Origin: Octopus sinensis
Taxonomy: Eukaryota
Direction: 5' to 3'
NCBI RefSeq assembly: GCF_006345805.1
Contig: NC_042999.1
Span: 6,386,001 to 6,450,000 of the forward strand
Length of the DNA stretch: 64,000 nucleotides
A program made the translations under genes and the position numbers. The first letter of the stretch is position 1, and every line of letters begins with the position of its first letter. This document shows positions 62,807-64,000 of this stretch, in pieces. Below the pieces are notes generated by a model. The model searched no databases. It was not told the DNA's origin and saw only the letters and a list, made by a program, of their open reading frames with translations.

Positions 62807-63595
62807 GGGAAGATAGTTTTTGTATGTGGCAGATGCTCAGGAGCAATAAACACTGAAAATGCGCAGAGACCAACTTCTGCCACATTCCAGGGAGAAAAAC
62901 TAGAAGTAGTTGATAGTTTCCATTACCTAGGTGATCAAGTCAGTAGCAGGGGTGGATGCTCTGAAAGTGCAGCTGCTAGAATAAGAATAGCTTGGGCAAA
63001 GTTCAGAGAGCTCCTGCCTCTGCTTGTGACAAAGGGCCTCTTGCTCAGAGTAAAAGGTAGACTGTATGACGCATGTGTACGAACAGCTATGCTACATGGC
63101 AGTGAAACATGGGCCGTGACTGCTGAGGACATGCATAAGCTTGCAAGGAATGAAGCCAGTATGCTCCGATGGATGTGTAATGTCAGTGTGCATGCTCAAC
63201 AGAGTGTAAGTCCCTTCAGAGAAAAGTTGGACCTAAGAAGCATTAGATGTGGTGTGCAAGAGAGACGACTGCGCTGGTATGGTCATGTGGCAAGAATGGA
63301 TGAGGATAGCTGTGTGAAAAAGTGCCACACCCTAGCAGTTGAGGGAACCTGTGGAAGACGTAGAACCAGGAAGAAGCATCGGATGTGGCGTGCAAGAGAG
63401 ACGTTTGTGCTGGTATGATCATGTACTACGGATGGATGAAGAGATATGTGTGAAGAAGTGCCACTCCCAAACAGTTGAAGGAATCCGGGGTAGAGGTAGA
63501 CCCAGGAAGACATGGGATGAGGTGGTCAAGCATGACCTTCGAACAATGGGCCTCACAGAGACCAAGACATCTGGAGATATGCTGTGACTGCAAAA
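62807..63595 (+). mobile_element. RTE-clade LINE ORF2 3' fragment with internal duplication
   Basis: FHYLGD...ARIRIAWAKFREL...VRTAMLHGSETW...RRLRWYGHVARM...GRGRPRKTW. Confidence 0.85.
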
Positions 63596-63865
63596 GATGA
63601 GGATATTTGTTCTCATCTTGTTTGTTGTTAACACGTTTCGGCTGATGTACCCTCCAGCCTTTTTCAGGTGTCTTGGGGAAATTTCGAACCAGGGTTCTCA
63701 TTCTTAAGGTAGTTTTCGATGTTATTATTATTATTATTCAGGTCACTGCCTGGGATCAAACTCGAAATCTTGGGGTTAGTAGCCTGCACTCTTAACCACT
63801 ATGCCAGATGAGGACAAAAATCTGTCAAATGTAAATAATTCCTCATCTCTTGAATATAGAACTGT
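63596..63865. mobile_element. Third, truncated copy of the same element
   Basis: acgtttcggctgatgtaccctccagcc arm plus tRNA-like segment, similar to 21418..21754. Confidence 0.55.
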
Positions 63866-64000
63866 AGGGTTAATTTGTTTGACTAATATTCTTCAAGGTG
63901 GAACTCCAGCACAGCCACAGTCTAATGACCAAAACAAGTAAAAGAATTCCAGTTACAGAGACTCTGTCTGGGATTTTGAAATCAGTTATTTTATCTAAAT

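Noticed and set aside
61740-64000. Search for the first PDCD2L exon and promoter
   Set aside because: The region is Helitron, microsatellite, RTE and Penelope-like sequence; no ATG exon with the expected N-terminal motif was found, so it is probably beyond the window

Overview
AT-rich, repeat-dense animal genomic DNA. The repeat families look like those of an octopod cephalopod (inference, not a database match). Two convergent multi-exon genes were assembled by hand from GT-AG sites with consistent splice phases. (1) The + strand carries the 3' 33 coding exons of UBR5/EDD/hyd (HECT E3 ligase; UBR-box zinc finger, MLLE/PABC, HECT), 701..50542; its 5' exons lie upstream of the window. (2) The - strand carries six exons of PDCD2L (61731 down to stop at 52816), none shown as PDCD2L ORFs in the ORF track; its first exon probably lies beyond 64000. 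Introns are filled with tRNA-derived SINEs, a (GAT)n-tailed retroposon with internal 60-bp tandem arrays, RTE/CR1/REL-type LINE remnants, mariner, hAT, piggyBac-like and Helitron elements, microsatellites and one 100-N gap. Most striking features: a ~240-bp palindrome between the two 3' ends that carries AATAAA on both strands; several long intronic fold-backs (candidate dsRNA/ADAR substrates); and Penelope-type hammerhead-ribozyme motifs in the UBR5 pre-mRNA.
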